Shown here: positions 38,330 to 47,914 of the stretch, piece after piece
Position numbering within the stretch: position 1 is the first letter of the stretch
Layout of the letters: every line of letters begins with the position of its first letter
DNA from: Saprolegnia diclina VS20
Taxonomy: Eukaryota
Assembly (NCBI RefSeq): GCF_000281045.1
Contig: NW_008246114.1
Span: forward strand, 108,406 to 172,405
Length of the DNA stretch: 64,000 nucleotides
Direction of reading: 5' to 3'
Program-made: the position numbers and the translations under genes
The notes under the pieces: generated by a model
Database searches by the model: none
What the model was told of the DNA's origin: nothing
What the model saw: the letters and a program-made list of their open reading frames with translations, nothing else

Positions 38330-39489
38330 TTACGAGAAGAGCGCCATGAGCGCTTTGATAGCGTCTTTCGGAGCTTGCATGTGGGCGTAGCCCTTGAACT
38401 CACTCGCATGGAACGAGTCAAAGAGACTTGATCGTGTTGCCTGCGAGACGTGCATCATGCGTTCAAGGTCTTCGATCGAAATGTCCAAAAACCGAAGCTA
38501 CAGTGGGCATAAGCCACGACTGAGAAAGAACTCAAAAGACGACGCCAACCTGATCTTTGAGCTCAACCACGCGCTGGCAGAGCGCGGTTTGCTCGTGTGC
38601 GAGCTCTTGCGCACTCGCCTGCCCGCGGCTGCCCGCGGGGCGCACGTCTTCCGTGATGACGGGTGGCGCCGCGGCCGCCAACGCCGCCAACGTCGCCGGT
38701 ACCGTCTCCAAGAACGAGCGCCACTCCTTCTCTTGTTCTTGCAACCTATGTTCGATCGTAAGAGGTACAGTCGTGGCATGCGTCGCATCGTACGAGGCAA
38801 GCTTTTCTTCCAGAGAGGTGAGGATGGCGTGGACGGTCTCTTGCTGTGGTTTGGCTTCTTCTTCCGTTGGCTACAGCATATCCATCAGCGTGATAAAGGT
38901 ATGGCGTGTGTACCTCGTTGGAGGCGAACTGGTCCTTGATGACAGCTGCCGCCTTCTCCACTATGTAGGACAAGTGCCATGATGGGCCTGCGGAGCAGCA
39001 AGATGACGACGTACGCACGTGGACGACTTGCTTCTTCGTGCATGTTTCCTTGGCCGCGCTCTGCGTCTGGGCCACGATGCGTTTGTGGAGTTGGGTACAT
39101 AAGGTATCGAACATTTGCAGTCGATGGTGCTCCTGGTTGGCGACGAGCTTGGCACGGATCGCGACCTCGTCCGGCGTCGGCTCCCGCCGGGTGGGCCTCC
39201 GCATGGCCTTCGCCCGCGACGGCGTGCCAAAGAGCGCGCGTTCTGGAAGAAGCGACTCGTCGCCGAGAAAGTCGCCATCGTCGTCGTCGTCCATGGCATG
39301 ATGGATGTCGTTGGCCCCATGGCGACGCGCCTTCTTCGTAAAGACAAAGGGCGATGCGACCTTCTGCGGCGTCTTGAAGACGAAGGGTCGCTTCCTAGGA
39401 AGAGGGAGCATGAGCATGGACCTTCCATGGACCGCTTCGAGCGCGTACGATGGCTCCCGCCCGTGCTTCCGGCGCGGTCCCTCGGGCAT
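38330..39489 (-). CDS. Hypothetical multi-exon protein, candidate kinetochore Dsn1/Mis13-like
   Basis: Exons with GT-AG joins: RKRPFVFKTPQK..PFVFTKKARR..; coiled coil LQEQEKEWRSFL; end FHASEFKGYAHMQAPKDAIKALMALFS* at 38330. The family call is only motif resemblance. Confidence 0.6.
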
Positions 39490-39899
39490 GTCCCTCGTCG
39501 GTCCGTTGGCTGGAATTCAAATTCTTGACTGTTATAAACAAACGACTACCATTGGCTAAAAATCAACGAATGGCAGCGAGCTTTCGCAGGTTAATCGCAC
39601 GCCACCTACTACCATTCCCTCCCACCCTCGACGTTGTCTCGAGCGTCCTCGCCATGACGCTTCGTACATCGACAAAGATCTATTCATGTATTATCTCGTA
39701 CTTGAATAGACATAACCATTGTCGAGTTCATCGAGGGACACACGCTTCCAAAGGCCTCCAGTTGCGTGCAGGTAGCCAGCCTTTCTGCATCCTATAAAAA
39801 TGAAAAGTATATGTACACTTGTTTTACGTATCGCTACTCAATAATTTTAATCCTGCCAATGGGATGCCGGGAAACGCGCGCAAGCTCCGATCTCAGATC

Positions 39900-41465
39900 T
39901 TAGGCCGAGATGCCATTGATGTTCAAGAGCACATTGGACTTTTGCTGCGCGACAAAGACGTCCGCGAGCAAGTTCTTGTTGCCGTTGCCAGCGATCACGA
40001 GATCGGCGTTCGAGGCCATCGCGCTCGTCACGTCGAGCCGCTGCATCTTGAGCAAGTACTCGCGCTGGAGCTGGAGCTTGCCGGACGCGGCGCCTTCGGC
40101 GTCGGCCAGAATCTCATTCACGCGGGCATCGCCGAGCGCCTGGAGTCGGTCGACGTCCGCCTTCATCTTGACCATCAGCGCGTCGCGTTCGGCGAGGATC
40201 TTCATGACTTCGGCGTCGCACGCCGCCTTGATTTCCGTTTGGATCATCTCGGTCTCGGCCGTAATCTTGGCGATCGAGAGGTCGGCGTCCGCGACAATCT
40301 TGGCGCAGCGCACGCTTTGCTCTTGCTGAATCTGCGCTTCCAGCAGCTTGGTGTCGGCCATGATGACGTCAATGTCCTTTTGAATCTCGGCGCACTGGCG
40401 ACTGCCCGCTTCGGTTTCTTCCATGCGGCGCATGCGCTTCGAGAGCTTGGTCGTATCGATCTCTTCCTTGTACTGGAGCAGCTGCATATCGCTCTGCTGC
40501 TTCATCGTCTGCTCCTTGATCGCGCTTTGGTACGTGGTCTTCTCTTCCATTTGCGTCTCGAAATTTTGCGGCAAGAGCACGTTTGTGATCGAGACGGTGC
40601 TAATCTCGACGCCGTACGGGTTGAATTGCTTGTTGAGGTTGTGCTTGATGTCTTCTGTGACGCTGTACAGAATCTTGGCTGCTGGAATGTCGCCAGGGCC
40701 TTCCGAGGCGTCAACCTGGAGGTACTTGACGGGCATTGCGAGCGCCGGCGCCATTTTGCCACGCGGCAGGTCGCTAGCTTCGTCTTCCTTGGTCTCTTCG
40801 TCTTCTTGAATGGCGTCGTGCGGCAGAAGCGGCGCCGTCGGGCCTCGCATCTGCAGCGAGTTCTCCAACCGTTCCTTGACGGTACCGTCGCGAAGCGAGT
40901 AGACTTCTGTGTGCTCGACGTTGCGCGCGAGGGCGCGGACCGCTTCTTCTTGGGCGTTTCGGAGCTGCGTCTCGAGGCCTTGCGGGCCGAGCTCGTACAC
41001 GAAGCGCTTGACGAGCGCCGGGTCTTCGCCCTTCTCTTCGTCGCCCATGATGCGGAAGACGAGCCCCATGTCGATGTGAACCGTGACGTTGTCGGCGGTC
41101 TTGCAGCCCTTGACCGGCGTGTCAAACACGACGTTTTGCTTGGTCACGAGGTACGCAATCTTGGTAAAGACCGACGCCATGTGAAAGCCTGCAGGCCAGA
41201 GCGGGCTATGGCGGCCGTCGGGGTACACGTAGTCAATGTCGCGGCCGTAGCGCTGGACGATCGCATACATGCCTTCGGGGACGCACAGATACGGCTTGAC
41301 CGGGTTGCGCCCCGGCTGCAGCATCACAATGGTGTTGCCGTCTTTGCACGAGCCAAACTTCTCGTTGGCCTTGTCCGCGCTCCCAATGTGATCAAAGATC
41401 AGGTGCGTCTGGACCTTGGACTTGGCGTCCATTCCGTTTGAGGTGGCGGTGGTGGTACGACTCAT
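39900..41465 (-). CDS. SPFH/Band-7 domain protein with long C-terminal coiled coil (paralogue A), intronless
   Basis: VPEGMYAIVQRYG..WPAGFH..VVFDTPVKGCKTADNVTVHID..QEEAVRALAR..LNKQFNPYGVEISTVSITNVLLP, followed by AE/K-rich helices. Confidence 0.9.
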   Translation of the reverse strand: MSRTTTATSNGMDAKSKVQTHLIFDHIGSADKANEKFGSCKDGNTIVMLQPGRNPVKPYLCVPEGMYAIVQRYGRDIDYVYPDGRHSPLWPAGFHMASVFTKIAYLVTKQNVVFDTPVKGCKTADNVTVHIDMGLVFRIMGDEEKGEDPALVKRFVYELGPQGLETQLRNAQEEAVRALARNVEHTEVYSLRDGTVKERLENSLQMRGPTAPLLPHDAIQEDEETKEDEASDLPRGKMAPALAMPVKYLQVDASEGPGDIPAAKILYSVTEDIKHNLNKQFNPYGVEISTVSITNVLLPQNFETQMEEKTTYQSAIKEQTMKQQSDMQLLQYKEEIDTTKLSKRMRRMEETEAGSRQCAEIQKDIDVIMADTKLLEAQIQQEQSVRCAKIVADADLSIAKITAETEMIQTEIKAACDAEVMKILAERDALMVKMKADVDRLQALGDARVNEILADAEGAASGKLQLQREYLLKMQRLDVTSAMASNADLVIAGNGNKNLLADVFVAQQKSNVLLNINGISA

Positions 41466-41478
41466 GCTGTGAACAATG

Positions 41479-41493
41479 GAAATTGAAAAATGA
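41479..41493 (-). promoter_or_regulatory. Oomycete Inr+FPR-like core promoter for SPFH-A
   Basis: The minus strand reads TCATTTTTCAATTTC just upstream of the ATG, matching the TCATTYYNNNWTTY-type consensus. Confidence 0.55.
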
Positions 41494-42093
41494 AAATGAA
41501 ATTGAAACAAACAATGACGATCTTGGAGGATTCTTGCATCTGCGAGCCCGTGTCGCACACCCCAACGGCAACAGAGGACCGAAGTTGCGTTGGACAGACG
41601 CGTGAAGATGCACCCCACGTACCTGCCGCGGGCGCGATCTTCAAGGATCCGTGCTCAGATTCAACAGAAAGACGTGTCCCAGCGCCAAAGATCGCGCTGG
41701 ATGTGGACTGGAAACGAATCTTGTAGCCAGGAATTGGATTTTTCAAAACCACCATGTTGGACACGTGTTTTTATAGAATCACATACACAACGCTGGATAA
41801 AATCATTAAAATATTGCGCGGTGGCACGCGGTTGCAAGATCTGGGACACGTTTTTCATTTTTGTCCACATCCACAAGACAGGTGGGACATGCATGATCAG
41901 ATGCACGTTGAAAAGCCAGCAGCACTACGTGGCAGCGTAGCACGCTTGCATATACATATCTTTAGACAGAGCCGCAGGATCACAAACTTGAACGCGGTGT
42001 CCGCGACACGCCGTCGTCTTCTCGGACGCCGCTCCATCGCTCCACTGGTATCCGTCGTGTCCAACATCTCCAAAATCCACGGATCATTCACGA

Positions 42094-42108
42094 TCATTTT
42101 CCAATTTT
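42094..42108 (+). promoter_or_regulatory. Oomycete Inr+FPR-like core promoter for SPFH-B
   Basis: TCATTTTCCAATTTT ends 26 bp upstream of ATG 42135. Confidence 0.55.
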
Positions 42109-42134
42109 CCTTGGCCTTCGCAACCTAACCTACC

Positions 42135-43391
42135 ATGGCGTCCGCCCAGCACCCGACGTCGTCGACGCAGCGCAGTATCGTCGTACAAAAGACGATCCGC
42201 AAGCACATGCACGCCGAGCACGCGTTCAACGCCAAGACCAAGGACGGCAGCATTCCGCTCGTGCTCGTCCCAAAGTACCCGCTCTTGTGTGACACCTTTG
42301 TGCGCATTCCATCGGGCATGTGGGTGCTCTATCAAAAATGGAACTCGCATGCCGGAATTCTCGAGCCAGGTCTCAAGATGTTTTGGCCCGCGTACTACCG
42401 CGTCTCGCACATTGTCACCAAGCACGCGGTGACGTACTCGGCGCCCGTCAAGCGCTGCGCGACGTCCGACAACGTCATGATCGACATTGACATCTCGATC
42501 AACTTTCAAATCGGACCGACGGCTGACGATGCGGTCAAGTTTGTCTACCTCCTCGGTGCGCAGCGCTTCAACGAGCTCATCTCGCAGATCACCGAGGAGG
42601 CGATCCGCGGGCTCGTCCACTCGGTGCGCCACGACCAAGTCCACGACCTCCGCGAAGAGTTTGCGAGCGGCATGAAGAAGGACCTCAACCAAAAGGTCTG
42701 CGACTACGGCGTCATTGTCCACAACGTCAAGGTGACCAACGTTGAGCTCCCGGTCCGGCTCTCGCGCACGCTTGAGCACACGACCGCGTTCAAGACCAAG
42801 ATGGAAGAGCAAGAGAAGAAACAAGAAAACGACATGCGCATTTTGATCAACGAAGAGACGCAGCTATTGACGGCGATTCAAAAAGAGAACGACCGCAAGG
42901 TTAAGGACCTCATTGCGCTCAAGGAGCGCGAGCTCATTCGCCGCCAAAAGCTCCGGTTCGACGCCGAAGCCAAGATGGAGGTGCTCTGCATCGACCAGCG
43001 CTCGATCTGCGACGCCCAAGTGCTTCGCGCGGCCGGCCAAAAAGACATTGCAGCCGCGTCCGCGTCGACAGCCGCCACCAAGATGCGCAACGATGCGATG
43101 GTGCTGCTCGTCAAGACCCAGCGCGAGTACGAACAGACGATCAAAGCCGAGGAGATCCGGCAGCAGGCGCGGATTGACGCTGCGCTCAAGGCGGCCGAAG
43201 GTCTCACGGCCGCGGCCAACACGGAAGGCAAGGCCGCCAAGCTCCTCGCAAGCAAGCGCGAATTCGACTACCAGACCAAGAAGAACGCCGTCGAGACGGA
43301 TCTCGTGGCCAAGACAAAGATGGTCATTTCAGGCGAGCACGGCGAGGCCCTTTTGCAGCGCATTTGTGACCAGTCGAGTGCCTCGGCCTAA
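42135..43391 (+). CDS. SPFH/Band-7 domain protein with long C-terminal coiled coil (paralogue B), intronless
   Basis: IPSGMWVLYQKWN..LEPGLK..VTYSAPVKRCATSDNVMIDID..TEEAIRGLV..LNQKVCDYGVIVHNVKVTNVELP. Confidence 0.9.
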   Translation: MASAQHPTSSTQRSIVVQKTIRKHMHAEHAFNAKTKDGSIPLVLVPKYPLLCDTFVRIPSGMWVLYQKWNSHAGILEPGLKMFWPAYYRVSHIVTKHAVTYSAPVKRCATSDNVMIDIDISINFQIGPTADDAVKFVYLLGAQRFNELISQITEEAIRGLVHSVRHDQVHDLREEFASGMKKDLNQKVCDYGVIVHNVKVTNVELPVRLSRTLEHTTAFKTKMEEQEKKQENDMRILINEETQLLTAIQKENDRKVKDLIALKERELIRRQKLRFDAEAKMEVLCIDQRSICDAQVLRAAGQKDIAAASASTAATKMRNDAMVLLVKTQREYEQTIKAEEIRQQARIDAALKAAEGLTAAANTEGKAAKLLASKREFDYQTKKNAVETDLVAKTKMVISGEHGEALLQRICDQSSASA

Positions 43392-45101
43392 CAAGGCATC
43401 TAGTCGTCGCACGGTCGAAGTGCTTCGATAAGAGTTGTCATGTGTACAAGTAGCTAGCATTATAAAGAGTTTATATGAAATACATGAATTGTCTACGAGC
43501 AGCTCATTTTGGCACTGTGGTGTCGTTCAAGTCGAAACTATAACCAAGCAAGCAAGCGTCACCTCTCTAGTGGCCATACAAGCGTCGGCTGCACATGCAG
43601 CGCCGTTAACTGATATTTAAATACTAGAACGAATTTAGAGTCTTGAAGTAGGAAGGAGGGTAGGTCGCTCGACTCCGCCAGAGTGTCCGGTAGATACTTG
43701 CACGCATAGAAAACCTGTGGTAGAGCGCGTTGTGCTTGTATGGCTCTATCTACGGCATCTCAAGTTAGACTAATCTATGATGCAAATGTTACTTGACCTC
43801 GTGGCATTCTCCAGTTCCTCAGCGCATCGGAAAACGCTCGCGGTGATGGGTCGAATGAAACCGCACCGCTGTTAGCAGTGCGCATTCCAGACTATCGCAC
43901 GAGGCTGTAGTATTTATATATAAACGAATAGTAAAGCTAATAGGAGGATAGGCGGTAGACGATGAGTGAGGGTGCGAGAACGTTGGGTGGTATTACGTCG
44001 AGACCGCTGGCGAGCGAGGTTAATGCGGCGCAGCAGGCGAGCGTGATGAGCATCGGGAGCACGACGCTCGCAGAGACCAGGAGGACGAGAACGCCGACGA
44101 GCGTCGCTTCGGACACGAGGCGCAAGTGCCGCTCGAGGGTCGCGGTGCTGCGCATGTCTTTTTCTGGCAGACCCACCGCGTCGGAGGCGTCTGATTGGCT
44201 GACCTGGCGCACTGTGATTGGTCCAATCTTGTCAGGGCCAAGCCAATCCGATGGCGTGTCGTCGACGCGACCTTCGGAGTTTGTGGCCCACAACCACAAC
44301 CCTGGAGCCACTTGCGCGAGAGTTTTTTGCATCGACTATAATATTGTAGCTCATGAATGCTATAATTATATTTTGATAGTTGTATAGCCAAGATCAGCAG
44401 ACATGGGACATCAACGTGGAGCAGGATCTAGTGCGCTTCACTCGCATGGTTATCATCGTCACCTAAATAATTCGATTGAAAGTGTACGGTTATCGTTCGC
44501 TGTGTAGCATAGCGTTACGTGATCCAACGATATGTGCAAGGGTCGACATGTTCATTTTGCAGTCGACTCCATTTTGAAGCGCGTTGAAGTACACTGCTTG
44601 CATATTGAAAATTGCGGTCAAGCAGAGGCTGTAGGGCAGCAATGCAGCAATCACGACAGACAAAGCATATTTCATTGGCTAAAATTTTCTATTTTAGGCC
44701 AATCACAGAGGGGATATGCCACGCTGCGAGGCCGCTCCTCGCTGGACCGACCGCTTTCGACGTCCCAATGACGTTTGAAACGAAATCGCTCTAGCTTGGC
44801 ATACAGATAAAAGGCACTTTGGAGAGTATGTTGCGCTATGTCGCAATGTCAGACGAGCTGTACAACACGAGAAATCGACCCTATAATAAATTATGGCATA
44901 CGCCACGTATAACCATATATAAAAGCTAAAAATGCCTATCCATGGCATGTGCCACACGCAAGGCTGGTGCCGGTTGCGAGATGCGACGAGAGCACTCACA
45001 ACAGCGTTATGGACGCACATTACTGTCTTGCGATGATAATATATACATAGGATGCGAAGGACAGTCTGAACGCGGGTGACGTCTTTTGGTCAAGAGCTGA
45101 G

Positions 45102-45201
45102 NNNNNNNNNNNNNNNNNNNNNNNNNNNNNNNNNNNNNNNNNNNNNNNNNNNNNNNNNNNNNNNNNNNNNNNNNNNNNNNNNNNNNNNNNNNNNNNNNNN
45201 N
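45102..45201. other. Assembly gap (100 N)
   Basis: Run of N characters. Confidence 1.
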
Positions 45202-45416
45202 ACTAGAACCACTCGTGATGTGGGGCGAGGACATTTCCACAGCGAAACCTTTTGTGTTTTGCACTACAGTTAGAAAAGAGATATAAACGCAACGACTATT
45301 AGAGTAGGCTCTGTGATTTCTCTACAAGGGGCGGCCGCGGACTCTGGGTGCGGTGGCGGGCTTGGACCGGTGCTCAAGTTTCTTGGCGACTGCAAGGACC
45401 AAAGGCGCCGGAGGAC

Positions 45417-45663
45417 AAACCGATGACAGACAGGCTCCAAATACACGCGTACATGGGAACGGCAAGGCAACGACAACGCGGTCACAAAGCTGCTTTCCCA
45501 CTCTCCCTCCCTCAATGGCCACACAATCTCGGTGCCCGCAGCGACGAAGTCGTAGCCCCATCAAGACGCTGTGCATCAATGGCCCCACCAATTGAAACCG
45601 ATGACAGACAGGCTCCAATACACGCATACATGGGAACGGCAAGGCAACGACAACGCTGTCACA
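45417..45663. repeat. ~70-bp imperfect direct repeat (45417-45486 and 45595-45663)
   Basis: AAACCGATGACAGACAGGCTCCAA(A)TACACGC.TACATGGGAACGGCAAGGCAACGACAACGC.GTCACA occurs twice. Confidence 0.9.
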
Positions 45664-45781
45664 GCTGCTTAATGGAGCGCTCGACTATGCCAGCGACAAG
45701 TGCAATCACCCATCCGTAAAATCCGGTTAAGCCTGTCCCGCTCTATGCCAGTTTGCAGTTTTGGAATTGCCGCACAGCGCG

Positions 45782-46603
45782 ATGGTCGGGAAGCGCAACA
45801 CTGTCGTATTTAGCACAGTTCGCAAGAGCACGTCGCGACAAGCGCGACGATCCGAGCGATCGACGACCGCTTCAGCGAGCCGACGTACGTGGTCGCTGAC
45901 AAGGGCATGACGCGCGCCGACTGCGAAGCCATTTTTGCGCCGCATCGAGATTGCAAAGCGGGCCGTCAAAAATTACTATTTCGGCGAAAAGTACACGCCG
46001 AGCGCCGCCGACACCGACGATTTAACGTACGTCTTTGGCGACGACACGCGGCAGCTCGAGACGCTGCTGCCCGAAGACGTCGCCACGATCCTCAGCGTCG
46101 CCACCCTCAGCGGGAGCTACCACAGCGAGAAAAAGACGGCGATCGACGCGGCCAAGCGGCTGCGGCACCGCCTCGACCTGCTGCAATCAGAGCGCGACAT
46201 GAGTGTGACGCTTGGGCTCGGGCCCAAGCCGTTTTGCGCCATCACCGACGCCGAGACGATCCGGCTTCGCAGCTTCCTCGACTCGGACTGGGCCAAAGTT
46301 GGCTCGATCGCCAATGTGGTCTTTAGCGAGGAAGAGGCGGAGAAGCGACGGCAGCGCTTGCACCACAAGCTCGAGACCACCGGTGTCACCAGCCGCTGCA
46401 AGTGCTGCCGGTACGAAAAGCACGCCCCGCGCCATGCAGCGCGGAAGACGTGCCGGAACATGACAACGTCAGGCGACCGCTTCTGGGAGGACGACGACCT
46501 CAAGGTTGACGACGACGTTGCGGCCGAATTTGCACACGACAGTTGTGCTGGTGACGAGGAAAAAGGTGTCGATAACAACGCTATCCATGACGACCAGATA
46601 TAA
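45782..46603 (+). pseudogene. Frameshifted paralogue of the 47054-47914 gene
   Basis: It aligns from MVGKRNTV.. through ADKGMTRADCEA to SRCKCCRYEKHAPR. It needs a 1-nt deletion near 45826 and a 1-nt insertion near 45932; the shifted frame hits TGA. Confidence 0.7.
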
Positions 46604-47053
46604 CTCTCAATAGAAATCCGTGCGTCAAATATATTCGCTATACGGCTAGACGGTAACCATCAAATAATTTTGCATACGTCGCGCGATGCTTGCTTGCGTG
46701 GAAGTCGACGCCTTGCCGCCAGTTCTTGCCGCTGGGAGCGAGCTGCGCACACTGATTCGGTGGCACTTGGTGCCGAGTAGTTGTTGATTGCATTCGCTTT
46801 CTCGTCCATCGACGCCGAAGAACCTTGCAGCCCTAACGAAATACTTGAACGAGCGCGCATCGTCGCTTGGTGCTAGGCGATAGCTTGGGCGATCCGAATT
46901 CAGAAATTTTGCGAAACCTCTCAAGAAGCGTGCGACAACGCATCCACTGTGCGTGATCGTGGGGACGTTGAAAACATACGGATACGTTGGAGGTCGACAT
47001 CGTCCGGATACACCACCTTGCCCCTCTCTCTCTCTGGGGCGCAATTGAAGAAA

Positions 47054-47914
47054 ATGGTCGGAAGGGCCAAGACCATCTACAGCAGCCTCCGTAAGGAGCA
47101 CGTGTCGACGAGTGCGACCATTCGGACCGTCGACGATCGCTACGACGACCTCACCTTTGTGATCGCAGACAAGGGTATGACGCGCGCCGACTGCGAAGCG
47201 CGCTTGGCGCGCTTGGCCAAGATCAAGCAAGCCGTGGGGCCCCGCATGGACGTCTTTCACTTTGCGCCCTCCCAAGCCGACGCAGACGATCTGGCGCTTG
47301 TTCTCGAGTCTGACGCGACGCTCGAGACGCTATCACAAGCCGACGCAGCGCGCCTTCGCAGCCTCGCGGCCCAGCACGGATCGTTTGGCGAGGAGAAGCA
47401 GGCCAAAATCGCCGCCGCCACGCGCCTGTGCTATCGCCTCGACCACGTGGAGCGCGAGTTTGAGATCTGCGAAAGCCTTGGTCTTGGACGCAAGGTGCTG
47501 CGGGCCATCAACGAGCAAGAACGTGTCCGGCTCCGCGCGCACTTGGAGTCGCCATGGGCCAAAGTCACCTCGATGGATGACGTTGTCTTTAGCGAAGAAG
47601 AAGCCGCCAAGCGCCGGCTGCGCATTCTGCACAAACTCGAGGCCAAGGGAACGACGAGCCGCTGCAAGTGCTGCACGTACCGCAAGCACGCACCACGCTA
47701 CTCAGCGCGCAAGGACTGCCGCGACGTGACGCGACTCCGTGTCGGCGATTGGGCGACCGAAGACAATGAGATTGACGACGATGTTGCCGACGCCTTTCTG
47801 GACGACGATGTCAAGGATGGCGACGATATGGACCGCGAGCAGTGCGACGGCGCAGCAGAATACACGGACATGGGTGATGCAAATGCGCCTGCTGGCTCTG
47901 CAACATTAGGGTAG
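47054..47914 (+). CDS. Hypothetical protein with SRCKCCxYxKHAPR..C motif and acidic tail
   Basis: Intact 286-aa ORF from ATG 47054, conserved over its full length with the upstream paralogue. Confidence 0.8.
   Translation: MVGRAKTIYSSLRKEHVSTSATIRTVDDRYDDLTFVIADKGMTRADCEARLARLAKIKQAVGPRMDVFHFAPSQADADDLALVLESDATLETLSQADAARLRSLAAQHGSFGEEKQAKIAAATRLCYRLDHVEREFEICESLGLGRKVLRAINEQERVRLRAHLESPWAKVTSMDDVVFSEEEAAKRRLRILHKLEAKGTTSRCKCCTYRKHAPRYSARKDCRDVTRLRVGDWATEDNEIDDDVADAFLDDDVKDGDDMDREQCDGAAEYTDMGDANAPAGSATLG

Noticed and set aside
39819..41441. 540-aa plus-strand ORF
   Set aside because: Antisense shadow of SPFH paralogue A, with no independent motifs.
43937..44391. Short minus-strand ORF with a hydrophobic stretch
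   Set aside because: Could be a membrane-protein remnant, but there is no supported start or family.
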